A stretch of 63,299 nucleotides of DNA, filler included, from Octopus bimaculoides (taxonomy: Eukaryota): NCBI RefSeq assembly GCF_001194135.2. It is 7 parts of 6 records of this genome, joined end to end, with 100 filler letters (N's around TTAATTAATTAA, not from the genome) between each part and the next. Parts side by side here need not be neighbours in the genome. Positions count along the whole stretch, not along the records: positions 6,897 to 15,737 come from NC_068995.1; positions 15,838 to 27,734 come from NC_068988.1; 5 more parts are not named here. The stretch is one strand, 5' to 3'. The notes under the pieces are model-generated. The model was not told the DNA's origin. It made no database searches and was given only the letters and a program-made list of their open reading frames with translations. The translations under genes and the position numbers were made by a program. Shown piece by piece: positions 14,086 through 25,016 of this stretch (its first letter is position 1; each line of letters begins with the position of its first letter).

Positions 14086-15982
14086 ATAGTAGTAGTAGTA
14101 AGTGGAAGGGAGGCAGATGATTGATATACAAGTATGTCTGTGTTTATAGGAGTTGGAATTTGTTGTTTGTTGTTTGTTGTCTTTTGTCCTCTCAATATGC
14201 ATTTATGACGAAAATTAATAGAAACATTTACGCCTCAACAGACAAACATACATGTGCTACACACTCACACATACCCCCCCCCCGCGCACGCACACACACA
14301 TTCATGGCCTTATAAATGTGTGTATATATAAACATATATATATATACGTATATGTGTATATATATATTTATTACATATATCTATATATATTTATATATAT
14401 ATANNNNNNNNNNNNNNNNNNNNNNNNNNNNNNNNNNNNNNNNNNNNNNNNNNNNNNNNNNNNNNNNNNNNNNNNNNNNNNNNNNNNNNNNNNNNNNNNN
14501 NNNNNNNNNNNNNNNNNNNNNNNNNNNNNNNNNNNNNNNNNNNNNNNNNNNNNNNNNNNNNNNNNNNNNNNNNNNNNNNNNNNNNNNNNNNNNNNNNNNN
14601 NNNNNNNNNNNNNNNNNNNNNNNNNNNNNNNNNNNNNNNNNNNNNNNNNNNNNNNNNNNNNNNNNNNNNNNNNNNNNNNNNNNNNNNNNNNNNNNNNNNN
14701 NNNNNNNNNNNNNNNNNNNNNNNNNNNNNNNNNNNNNNNNNNNNNNNNNNNNNNNNNNNNNNNNNNNNNNNNNNNNNNNNNNNNNNNNNNNNNNNNNNNN
14801 NNNNNNNNNNNNNNNNNNNNNNNNNNNNNNNNNNNNNNNNNNNNNNNNNNNNNNNNNNNNNTATATATATATATATATATATATCCTTGTGTGTAATTTG
14901 CATTTGTTTTGTTTTAGTTCAGTCTGAATTTGTTTACAAATGATATTAAGATTACTGAGAAAAATTAGTTTGAGAGGGCGTTAACTTTAATTACTATTTG
15001 TTTCTCATGCACCAGACGTCGCTGGAGAATCATTCTGCAACGCAATCATTCCTTAAAATTTGTTACTCTCTCTCTCTCTTTCTCCCTCTCTCTCTCTCTC
15101 TCTCTCTCACTCTCTCTCTCTCTCTCACTGCCTCTTTTTCTTGCACTCTCTAATTATCGACAAATTGAAAATAATTCTTGATAACTAACGTGCCAAGAAC
15201 GAAAGCCTTCCTTGCTATCGTGACATTGTAGAAACAGTAACTACATCTCGCTGCTGCTTTATTTTTTCTTTATAACGGAAGAACGCAATGGATAAGGTAA
15301 GGTAGTCTTAGACACCCATAAACAAAACATGAAAACAGTCATAGGTAGAATATGTTCGATCCTAGATCGGTTCGAGTCTGACTCATAACTAACCATTATT
15401 GACAAAAGCAATAGGAATAAATATTCATGTTACAGACGTCTACATAGCAAATGCCAAATGCAGAAGAGCATCAACCAGAGTCGACGATAAATTCCAACGG
15501 ATGTAGGAAACTAGGAATTCCAAGTGGATTTCATGGAGGAAATGAACTAATGCACGGCACATGCATTTGATCACAATAGACAAATCTTTTGCACAGGTCG
15601 TTCAGCAAAAACCGAACAGTCATACGTCACCTTTCATGGGAAACAGAGCTAGTTGTTATACATACATACATACATATATATATATATACATATATAAATA
15701 AAGTATATATGCATATATGTATATATATATGCATATANNNNNNNNNNNNNNNNNNNNNNNNNNNNNNNNNNNNNNNNNNNNTTAATTAATTAANNNNNNN
15801 NNNNNNNNNNNNNNNNNNNNNNNNNNNNNNNNNNNNNTTTATTAATTTTTTAAAAAATACATATTTTACCTGTGAATTTGCGTGTGTAAACTGGGAATGC
15901 ATTCAATGAGCTTCTCTTCCCTAGGTGTACGGAAAACACTTGGCAAGAAATGGAAGAAAATTTGAAGAAAGAAGAAAACAAC

Positions 15983-16044
<62 letters not shown>

Positions 16045-16045
<1 letters not shown>

Positions 16046-16498
16046 GAAATGCAAAGATCCTATGGAATTTTATGATTCGGTGTGACCATGAGATAGAGAA
16101 TAGGAAGCCAGACATAGTCTTAATTGAGAAAGAAAGCAACTATGCTGGATCATAGATATAGCATGCACAGCTGACAACAAGCTATGCGATAAGGGAGAAA
16201 GAAAAGTCGAGAGATATGACAGGTTAGCTTGGGAATTTAAGCAGTTGTGATCGATGAAAAATGTAACAGTAGTACCAATAATTGTCAGAGTCCTGGGAAC
16301 AGTGAGCAAAAATCTCGAGAAGTATGTGGAACAAATAGGGGCTGCAATAAGAGTGGAGCACTTGCAGAAACCAGCACTGCTTAGAACTGCTCGAATACTC
16401 CGGAAGGTGCTCAAAAAATAAGAGGTGTTACCTTAGTTCACTGGTAGTGAACAGCTGACACTGTAGTACATCTCCAGCGTTAGAAGCTGTGCAAAGGC
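16045..16498 (+). mobile_element. 5'-truncated R4/Dong-clade LINE: restriction-like endonuclease domain plus 3' UTR, inside (TAA)n
   Basis: Translates (one frameshift, one stop) to KILWNFMIRCDHEIENRKPDIVLIEKES..CWIIDIAC...VTVVPIIVRVLGTVSKNL...RILRKVLKK*. The PD..D motif and the context are typical of RLE LINEs. (AAT)n on both sides. Confidence 0.88.
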
Positions 16499-16566
<68 letters not shown>

Positions 16567-17020
16567 NNNNNNNNNNNNNNNNNNNNNNNNNNNNNNNNNN
16601 NNNNNNNNNNNNNNNNNNNNNNNNNNNNNNNNNNNNNNNNNNNNNNNNNNNNNNNNNNNNNNNNNNNNNNNNNNNNNNNNNNNNNNNNNNNNNNNNNNNN
16701 NNNNNNNNNNNNNNNNNNNNNNNNNNNNNNNNNNNNNNNNNNNNNNNNNNNNNNNNNNNNNNNNNNNNNNNNNNNNNNNNNNNNNNNNNNNNNNNNNNNN
16801 NNNNNNNNNNNNNNNNNNNNNNNNNNNNNNNNNNNNNNNNNNNNNNNNNNNNNNNNNNNNNNNNNNNNNNNNNNNNNNNNNNNNNNNNNNNNNNNNNNNN
16901 NNNNNNNNNNNNNNNNNNNNNNNNNNNNNNNNNNNNNNNNNNNNNNNNNNNNNNNNNNNNNNNNNNNNNNNNNNNNNNNNNNNNNNNNNNNNNNNNNNNN
17001 NNNNNNNNNNNNNNNNNNNN

Positions 17021-17317
17021 AGCGAATAATGCAGATATTGACAAAGCCCTTACCCATCAATGGTTAATGGCCTCTGGCTTGAAATCAGAAACAGAGGGGT
17101 TTATCATAGCAGCCCAAGATCAATACCTACCTACAAAGAACTACCAGGCCAACATATTAAAGAGCGGCAGCTCCCCATTATGTCGTATATGCCAACAACA
17201 AAATGAGACCATCGATCATGTTGTCTCTATGTGCAGTCTGTTTGCGCCTACAGAGTATCTCAACAGGCATGATAAAGCTGCACAATATATTCACTGGATA
17301 ATTTGCAAAAACCTGGA
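17021..17317 (+). mobile_element. R4/Dong-clade LINE fragment: CCHC zinc-knuckle region
   Basis: GLKSETEGFIIAAQDQ...CRICQQQNETIDHVVSMC...RHDKAAQYIHW (ORF 17067-17345). Confidence 0.9.
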
Positions 17318-18310
17318 ATTTTCCAGGGGGATGCATCTCTTTTAATATTTGTCTTATGTTTGATTTCTCTCAGTTTAGTATTAAGGAAGGCAAAGGTAGG
17401 GTATCAGTTTAGAAATAGAAATGGAAAAAATAACCATTTGCTCTACATGGATGATCTGAAGCTTTTTAGTAAGAAAGAAAAGGAGATAGATTCCTTAATA
17501 CAGACTGTAAAACTTTTCGGCAAAGATATAGGTATGGAATTTGGCATAGATAAGTGTGCAATATTAGTCATGAGAAGGGGACAGGTAGTCAACAGTGAGG
17601 CATCCAATTACCAGATGGCCAGACATTAAAATCATTGAAAGGGGGAGAGAGTTATAAGTATCTAGGAGTATTAGAATTTGACAGAGTACTAACTATGGAA
17701 ATGAAATGAAAATTGAGAAGGAGTACATCAGAAGGGTGAGGAAGCTAATGAAGTCAAAGCTAAAGGGTCTGAATCTAGCAAATGCTGTAAATACTTAAGC
17801 TGTATCATTACTTAGATACTCATCAGCTTTTGTAAACTAGACAAAACTGAATTAACAAGCTAGACAGAAGAACTAGGAAGGAATTCAATATGAATGGAGA
17901 ACTCCACCCATGGGTAGGAGTAGCAAGATTATACTTACCTAGAAAGGAAGGCAGAAGAGGATTGATATCAGTAAAAGGCTGTGTGGAGTTAGCTAGAATG
18001 GATATAGACTCCTATGTAGGTTAAATGATATGAACATGAACCTAGTAAATTGCTACAAAGTAAGAAATATAAGATGTTGTGGGACTTAAACATTCAGACT
18101 GACAAAGTAATAGAAACTAGGAGGCCTGATTTAGTAGTAGTAAAGGAGAATAGAAAGTGCCAGATAACTGACGTAACAGTAATGATGAAAAAATCAATAT
18201 GCGCAGGATAGAAAAAATAGCAAAGTACCAGGACCTAGCCATTGAATAATAGAGACTGGAAAGTGCAGGTAAAATGTATCCCAGTAGCTATAGGTACATT
18301 GGGAACTGTG
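17315..18310 (+). mobile_element. R4/Dong-clade LINE fragment: RT core and thumb joined directly to the RLE domain (CCHC region missing)
   Basis: GIFQGD...NHLLYMDDLKLF (YMDD at 17444-17455), YKYLG, RLYLPRKEGRRGL. From 18023: YEHEP...LWDLNIQTDKVIETRRPDLVV...KYQDLAIE...IGTLGTV. Several stops and frameshifts. Confidence 0.9.
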
Positions 18311-18520
18311 ATCCAATGCCATGAACAAGCCTTGCTAGACAAGAACAATGGCAAATATGAAGCTGTAGGAGAAAGATCATTAGAACTTTAGGACCAGCTG
18401 GGTATGTTCCAGATTACTGAAAATGGACTCATGAATCAGATAAGAATAATTCAGAATACAGGTTTTTTTAATGAGGCCCAGATTCAGACAATCAGGAAAA
18501 GCCTCTGTAGTGGTGAGAAT
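18308..18520 (+). mobile_element. Probable N-terminal region of an R4/Dong-type ORF
   Basis: VIQCHEQA...SLEL*DQLGMFQITENGLMNQIRIIQNTGF resembles the recalled N-terminal WxxxGMFxxTEQRLxDQxRxI motif of this clade. Confidence 0.55.
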
Positions 18521-18658
18521 CTCGAGGAGAATAACGTAGGTGAAGATCAGTGAATGCATAGCCAAGGTGAAGATGTAGTGAAGGAAAGGCCGGCCAATCA
18601 ATATAATGTAGAAAACCCTAAAATAAGAGAGGATAAACAATGAGAAAAGTGCAATGTG

Positions 18659-19639
18659 ATTTGTAATAGGGATTGATTCTGTTTATTGAATGGAACAAAT
18701 TCAACAATATTTTGACAGTTTGTCTCTCTTCCTCGGGTTCAAAATATAAAATAAAATAAAACTCACAGAAATACAAAAATTCAAAATATGAACAGGAATA
18801 TTGGACTTTCCATTTTGGACAACACTGTCAGTTTTAACTTTTATATAACTGGTGACAAAGAAAAAGAAAAAAATAGACAACATGAAAGAGAAAACTAAGT
18901 TAAATAGATTTGTGTAAATGTGATGAAATTCACCTATCATTTTGTTCATTTCACCAGGGCACGACGTTGGCAATTCACAAATATAGTTGTCCACATGTGT
19001 TTAGAGGACTGAAAGTCAGTATATTTTCTTAAAATGTGCACTTTCAGGTATTCTTCAACATTACAGATGTTTGATGTAAAATGTTTTGCAAGTTCTATCG
19101 AACTACTGCTACTGTGTCTGATGTTTTTTATTGGTTGTACACAGAACAATTGAATAAAAGATTCAATGGGCATGAAATCAAGCACAAAACCTGCCAAACA
19201 TTTTACTTCAAACAACTGTAATTTTGAGGAACATCTGAAAGTGCACATTCTAAGAAAATATTCGAACTTTACTGTACTTTCAGTCCTCAAAACACATAAA
19301 GGCAAATATATTTGTGAATTGCTAACATCATGCCCTGAAGGAATGAATAAAATGGCGGGTGAATTTCATCATATTTCCACAAATCTGTTTGACTAAGTTT
19401 TCCCTTTCTTGTTGTCTCTTTCTTTTTTTTTACTTTTTCCTTGTCACCAGTTTTGAAAAAGTGAAAACTGATAATGTTATTTTGTCTAGAAAGGAAAGCA
19501 AGATATTTCCCATTCCTATTTTGAATTTCTGTATTTCTGTTACTTTTTTTTTTCATTTTACATTTTGAACCCGAGGAAGATAGACAATCTGTCAAAACAT
19601 TGTCCAATTCTATAAACAGAGTCAATCTCTATTACAAAT
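18659..19639. repeat. ~980-bp imperfect palindrome (foldback/MITE-like)
   Basis: Left end ATTTGTAATAGGGATTGATTCTGTTTAT versus reverse complement of the right end ATTTGTAATAGAGATTGACTCTGTTTAT. The arms align continuously inward to about 19098/19184, and mirrored peptides appear in opposite-strand ORFs. Confidence 0.95.
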
Positions 19640-19678
19640 AATAACTGTGATTATTGTTTATTTACCTTCGTAAATGTT

Positions 19679-19794
19679 ATTATTAATTTTCATAAATTAA
19701 TTATAAGAATTGTTTCCAATTTTAAGAGAAAGGGATTATTAATTTTCATAAATTAATTATAAGAATTGTTTCTAATTTTGAGAGAAAGGGATTA
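19679..19794. repeat. Two-copy 56-bp tandem duplication
   Basis: ATTATTAATTTTCATAAATTAATTATAAGAATTGTTTC(C/T)AATTTT(A/G)AGAGAAAGGG x2. Confidence 0.95.
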
Positions 19795-20389
19795 GTGAAT
19801 ACCATTGACTCCAGTATTTAACTTTATTTTATTGATGAAATGCAAATTTGACTTTGACAGGATTTGAGTATAGAATGTAAATGGCCAGAAGAAATTCCAC
19901 AAGGCATTTCTCTGATGCACAGATGATTATGTAAAATAAATAGTCATTTTAATATTTTATAGTTTGTTTCAATGTATTTATATACTTAATTATCACTTTA
20001 AAATTTGTTTTTTTGTTTAATTTAGAGAATGTAAAAGTCAAAGCAAAAAATTATGACATCAAAGTTTAATCAATTAAATCTTTAGGAAGAGGAGGAGGAG
20101 AAGGTGGAAGAAGAGGTAGTGATGATGGATTGTTTTAAAGATCATTGTCATTGCTATCATCATCATCACTCATTTTCTCCTTTACAACATTATTAGCATC
20201 TTCAACAACATTCTCACAACTGACATCTTGGCAACCTTCGTCATTCTCATAAGCACATTCATCTTCATTCTCATTATCATCATCATTGCTACCGTCATGA
20301 TCATTGTTGTTGTCATCCTTGTTGGTGCTGATATCTTCATCTGTGTCATCATTTTTACCTCCAATTTCCATGCTTATATGTATTGCATG

Positions 20390-20690
20390 CCTTTTACTTT
20401 TGCTAATTTGTCTTTGAGATTCAACCTCTTCAGATCAGCTTTCACTTCTTTATTTTCCTTGTTCTTTCTCTTCTACAGATTCCTCCCTCTTGAATTGTAT
20501 AACACTTCTTCACCCAAACTGTCATCCTCTATCCATACCAACAATGTCTACTTTCTTCCATATTACATTTGATTCCTTTTGTAGTCAGTTTTATCTCAGG
20601 TCATTTATGCTATGCCATTTATGAACATGAACATTACATCCACAAGAGCAAGCTCACCTGATTTCATTCTAGCCTTCACAATGCCTATCA
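20390..20690 (-). mobile_element. Degraded RTE-clade LINE, C-terminal end of ORF
   Basis: With frameshifts: RRLE.NQVSLLLWM.NVHVH...CWYG...EDDSL(V)KKCYTIQEGGICRRERTRK..KEVKADLKRLNL, resembling RTE C-termini (RWYGHVxRMxDDSWVKKC...RGRPRKTW..VVK.DL). A decayed (GAT)n tract follows. Confidence 0.65.
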
Positions 20691-21949
20691 TTCACTACTA
20701 TGTAACATTACATTTAGTACAGAAACATCATATAACCTTTAGGAAGAAACTTGAGGAGGAAAGCCTTTGTTGCACACAAAGATGATATCACATCGAACAT
20801 TTTCCAACCTGCTCTGGTTGCAGTACTTTATTGACTCCTTCTTCCAGAGTCAATTAAGTACAACACTAGTTAAGTATGGGGGTTGATTTAATATTACTAT
20901 AAAACATCCTAGAGGACAATGCAATTAAAAGAGAAGATAAAAGTAACATAGATACAACAGAATAATGGGAGAGATGCTTTATTGTTTCATTAGAAATAAA
21001 TGATTCGGAGGCCGTTAGTCATGTTTCTTATCACGTCATGTTGCTATGTTGGTTGGTTGAGCATTGTTATTCTGAGTTAGCAACAAACAAAACCAATGAA
21101 CATATAATATAAATAAAAGCCATTATGTGCAAATTAAAATGTTTCTGACCAACATGTCATTATTTTAACCATCAACTATCAATGCATACATTCAATGGAA
21201 CAGTGAATACACATATATAAACATCATGCAAACACATACCCCTGCCTACATAGATACACATTTGCCCATATGCGTAAATTTTAAGGAGGGGGGTTTTGGG
21301 ATGTGCTAGAAACAACAGTCAGATCTCCCTTAAATCACACATTTTCCTCTGAAATTATTAACAATTTACTTTTAAAACGAAAATGTTTCTCTTGAGGGTT
21401 TTAAGTGCGTAGTGAAAAAAAAAAATCAAAATCGTTTCAGACTGGGGCGGTGAGAGAGTGGCAGGAGTGAAAAAAAAAATCATTTCACATGTTTTTCTTT
21501 TTTTTTTCGTAAAAAGATGCCTCCCATTATTCTGAAAACTTTGGTGTAAAATATTGGAAAAAATCCCTGTCAAAACAGAGAAATTCCAGCTTACGTGGGC
21601 CGTCTGATCCGAAACTCCGTTTTCCAGAAAAGCCTTCACCACGTTCCATTGCAAAATTTTTGCCTATAAATTTCTTTGCAATCGTAATCTACATCATTTG
21701 AAAGATATTCGTATAAAATTTCAATAAAAAATACCAATTTTCCAGAAAGTTATGAGGGGGACAATGTCGGGTGCTGTGAATTATCCGAAACTCCTCTCTC
21801 TAACCCCTCAGAAAATTTTTCCAACAAATCTACACTCAATCTACAGGATATAAGCACTTATTTGATGAAAGTTTCGTTAAAAATTATCCATTTCACTGGA
21901 AGTTATGAGATAACAAGTTGGTGGGATATTAAACTGTAGCTATACCTTT

Positions 21950-22062
21950 TTTCAATAAAAATTAACGTTAACGAATTAATGTTAACTACCGTTACATTTT
22001 CAAAGAATTAACGGATTAACGATTAACAAAGTTAACTTTTTGATTAACGTTACCCACCTCTG
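21950..22062 (-). mobile_element. Possible DNA-transposon terminus (hAT-like) with clustered TTAAC subterminal repeats
   Basis: Minus strand begins CAGAGGTGGGTAACGTTAATC, followed by about 8 TTAAC/GTTAA motifs in 110 bp. No partner end found. Confidence 0.4.
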
Positions 22063-22396
22063 CAAGTACATATACACACTAAACACATACACTCACATGC
22101 ACACTCACATACACACACACACACACGCACACACATACAACACATTCCCTCTCAAGTTAGTAACACTCACAAGAGATGATTGTGATAGATTTATAAAGCT
22201 CAATTCACATTTCTTTACATTTTCTTTTCAATGGAATTTTGAATTGTCATTTCGTTTTTAATAGGAAGTTTTTCATGAATGTTTATATATATATGTACAT
22301 TCATCCATGCATGCATGCACATATTCATACATACATATACACATACATACTGGCATACGTACGTACACACATACATACATACATACATACATGCAT

Positions 22397-22439
<43 letters not shown>

Positions 22440-23499
22440 NNNNNNNNNNNNNNNNNNNNNNNNNNNNNNNNNNNNNNNNNNNNNNNNNNNNNNNNNNNNN
22501 NNNNNNNNNNNNNNNNNNNNNNNNNNNNNNNNNNNNNNNNNNNNNNNNNNNNNNNNNNNNNNNNNNNNNNNNNNNNNNNNNNNNNNNNNNNNNNNNNNNN
22601 NNNNNNNNNNNNNNNNNNNNNNNNNNNNNNNNNNNNNNNNNNNNNNNNNNNNNNNNNNNNNNNNNNNNNNNNNNNNNNNNNNNNNNNNNNNNNNNNNNNN
22701 NNNNNNNNNNNNNNNNNNNNNNNNNNNNNNNNNNNNNNNNNNNNNNNNNNNNNNNNNNNNNNNNNNNNNNNNNNNNNNNNNNNNNNNNNNNNNNNNNNNN
22801 NNNNNNNNNNNNNNNNNNNNNNNNNNNNNNNNNNNNNNNNNNNNNNNNNNNNNNNNNNNNNNNNNNNNNNNNNNNNNNNNNNNNNNNNNNNNNNNNNNNN
22901 NNNNNNNNNNNNNNNNNNNNNNNNNNNNNNNNNNNNNNNNNNNNNNNNNNNNNNNNNNNNNNNNNNNNNNNNNNNNNNNNNNNNNNNNNNNNNNNNNNNN
23001 NNNNNNNNNNNNNNNNNNNNNNNNNNNNNNNNNNNNNNNNNNNNNNNNNNNNNNNNNNNNNNNNNNNNNNNNNNNNNNNNNNNNNNNNNNNNNNNNNNNN
23101 NNNNNNNNNNNNNNNNNNNNNNNNNNNNNNNNNNNNNNNNNNNNNNNNNNNNNNNNNNNNNNNNNNNNNNNNNNNNNNNNNNNNNNNNNNNNNNNNNNNN
23201 NNNNNNNNNNNNNNNNNNNNNNNNNNNNNNNNNNNNNNNNNNNNNNNNNNNNNNNNNNNNNNNNNNNNNNNNNNNNNNNNNNNNNNNNNNNNNNNNNNNN
23301 NNNNNNNNNNNNNNNNNNNNNNNNNNNNNNNNNNNNNNNNNNNNNNNNNNNNNNNNNNNNNNNNNNNNNNNNNNNNNNNNNNNNNNNNNNNNNNNNACAA
23401 TGAACATAAACAGCTCCAGGAGTTACAAAGATCTGAAGAGAAAAAATATTTTCTGATCAAATTTGGTAGCCATAAAAAAAGTTGTACAACTTTGTATAG

Positions 23500-24030
23500 C
23501 CGCAGGAGTGGCTGCGTGGTAAGTAGCTTGCTTACCAACCACATGATCCGGATTCAGACCCAAGTTAAAAACATTCCCAACAATTCAACTTCTCTGGTTG
23601 ACATAAACACCCCCACCCCCAATAGGGGCTTTCATTCCCACATTTTAGAGTTCCATGAGCTCCATTTTTCAGTAGCAAAATCCTTTTTACAGGTAGCACC
23701 TTGGGCAAGTGTCTTCTGCTATAGTTTCGGGCCGACCAAAGCCTTGTGAGTGGATCTGGTGGACGGAAACCGAAAGAAGCCCGTCGTATATATGTACACA
23801 TATATATATTTGTGTGTGTGAATGTGTGTGTGCGCGTGCGTGCGTATGTTTGTGTGTCTGTGTTTTATCCCCCTCACTGTCGCTTGACAACTGATGTTGG
23901 TATGTTTACCTCCTCGTAATTTAGCGGTTCGGCAAAAATGTTCGATAGAATAAGTCCTGGGGTCGATTTGTTCGACTAAAGGCGGTACTCTAGCATGGCC
24001 GCAGTCAAATGAATGAAACAAATAAAAAAC
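23500..24030 (+). mobile_element. tRNA-derived SINE (family C), full length with ~125-bp insertion near 23570-23690
   Basis: Head GCAGGAGTGGCTGCGTGGTAAGTAGCTTGCTTACCAACCACATG, internal (TA/TG)n, tail GGCCGCAGTCAAATGAATGAAACAAATAAAA. Confidence 0.9.
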
Positions 24031-24061
24031 AAAGGTGTAAGAATTTCAATTATGCCTAGTA

Positions 24062-24770
24062 AAGTGGTTTGAAATGAATGTGGAGAACTTTCATCAAAAT
24101 TACTTTCATTAGACCAAAAAACTTTCGCCCAATCATCATCAGTCAAATCTTAATGCTTTATTTACTCAAGACAATCGCTTCTTCATATTCACCTCAGACA
24201 GCAATGGCTTCTTTCTGGCTTTACATCTTTTGAACCCAGCTTCTAAAAAAACCTTCTTTTCACTGTGTGAGTTGATATCTCCTTGTTTGTTTCCACCTGA
24301 AACTCAGCAGCTACGTCAGTAGAGTTCGCTTTCCTATTGGCCGAAACCTGTCTTGCTTCATGGTTGTATACTTTTTGCAATCTCGTTCTTTACAGTTTTT
24401 GAAAGAATTTGTCTCATTGTACTTTTTGATAGACATCTTTTCTAGAGCATTTCAATCTTTACTGGATAATGCAATTATTTGAGCCCTTTTGAGCTTCAGG
24501 TATCTTTTTCTTTGAAAACACTTTCAACAAATATTGACCACTGATAAGTTATCAATAAGATATTCACTGAAAAAATAGGAAATAACATTAGTGTCACACA
24601 ATGAGTGGTAGGAAATTGATCCAGCCACTTGCACCAACTTAGTCTCAAGTGTACAAAAATGCATAAAAGTAGTTATAAAAGCAAAAGGAGGACAATTATT
24701 TATTGATGGGATAGAATCTAGAATGTTTATCATACTGCTTTCAATTATTAAATAAATGAGTTCCAATCAT
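24062..24770 (-). mobile_element. Tc1-family transposon remnant, N-terminal half of transposase
   Basis: ANRKANSTDVAAEFQVETNKEISTHTVKRR.(L)EAGFKRCKARKKPLLSEVNMKKRLS...DDWAKVFWSNESNF: HTH region, ARKKPLL linker and WSDES motif (first D mutated to N). Confidence 0.85.
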
Positions 24771-24938
24771 ATTCTCCATTTTTTTATATCTGTTCCATTC
24801 TACACTCTTTTGGACTTTATTCTGGACTTTCTACACTCCGGCTGCACTTCTCCTCCTTATGGATTACATTGGGCCTACCTGTTGATAAGAAATCGTTGTA
24901 ATACACCACGACGTCTGAAGCCTTTGAACTTTTTAACC

Positions 24939-25016
<78 letters not shown>

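Noticed and set aside
20135-20371. Acidic 78-aa ORF (MEIGGKNDDTDED...)
   Set aside because: Decayed (GAT)n tract directly downstream of an RTE-like 3' end. There is an in-frame stop shortly upstream and no splice support.
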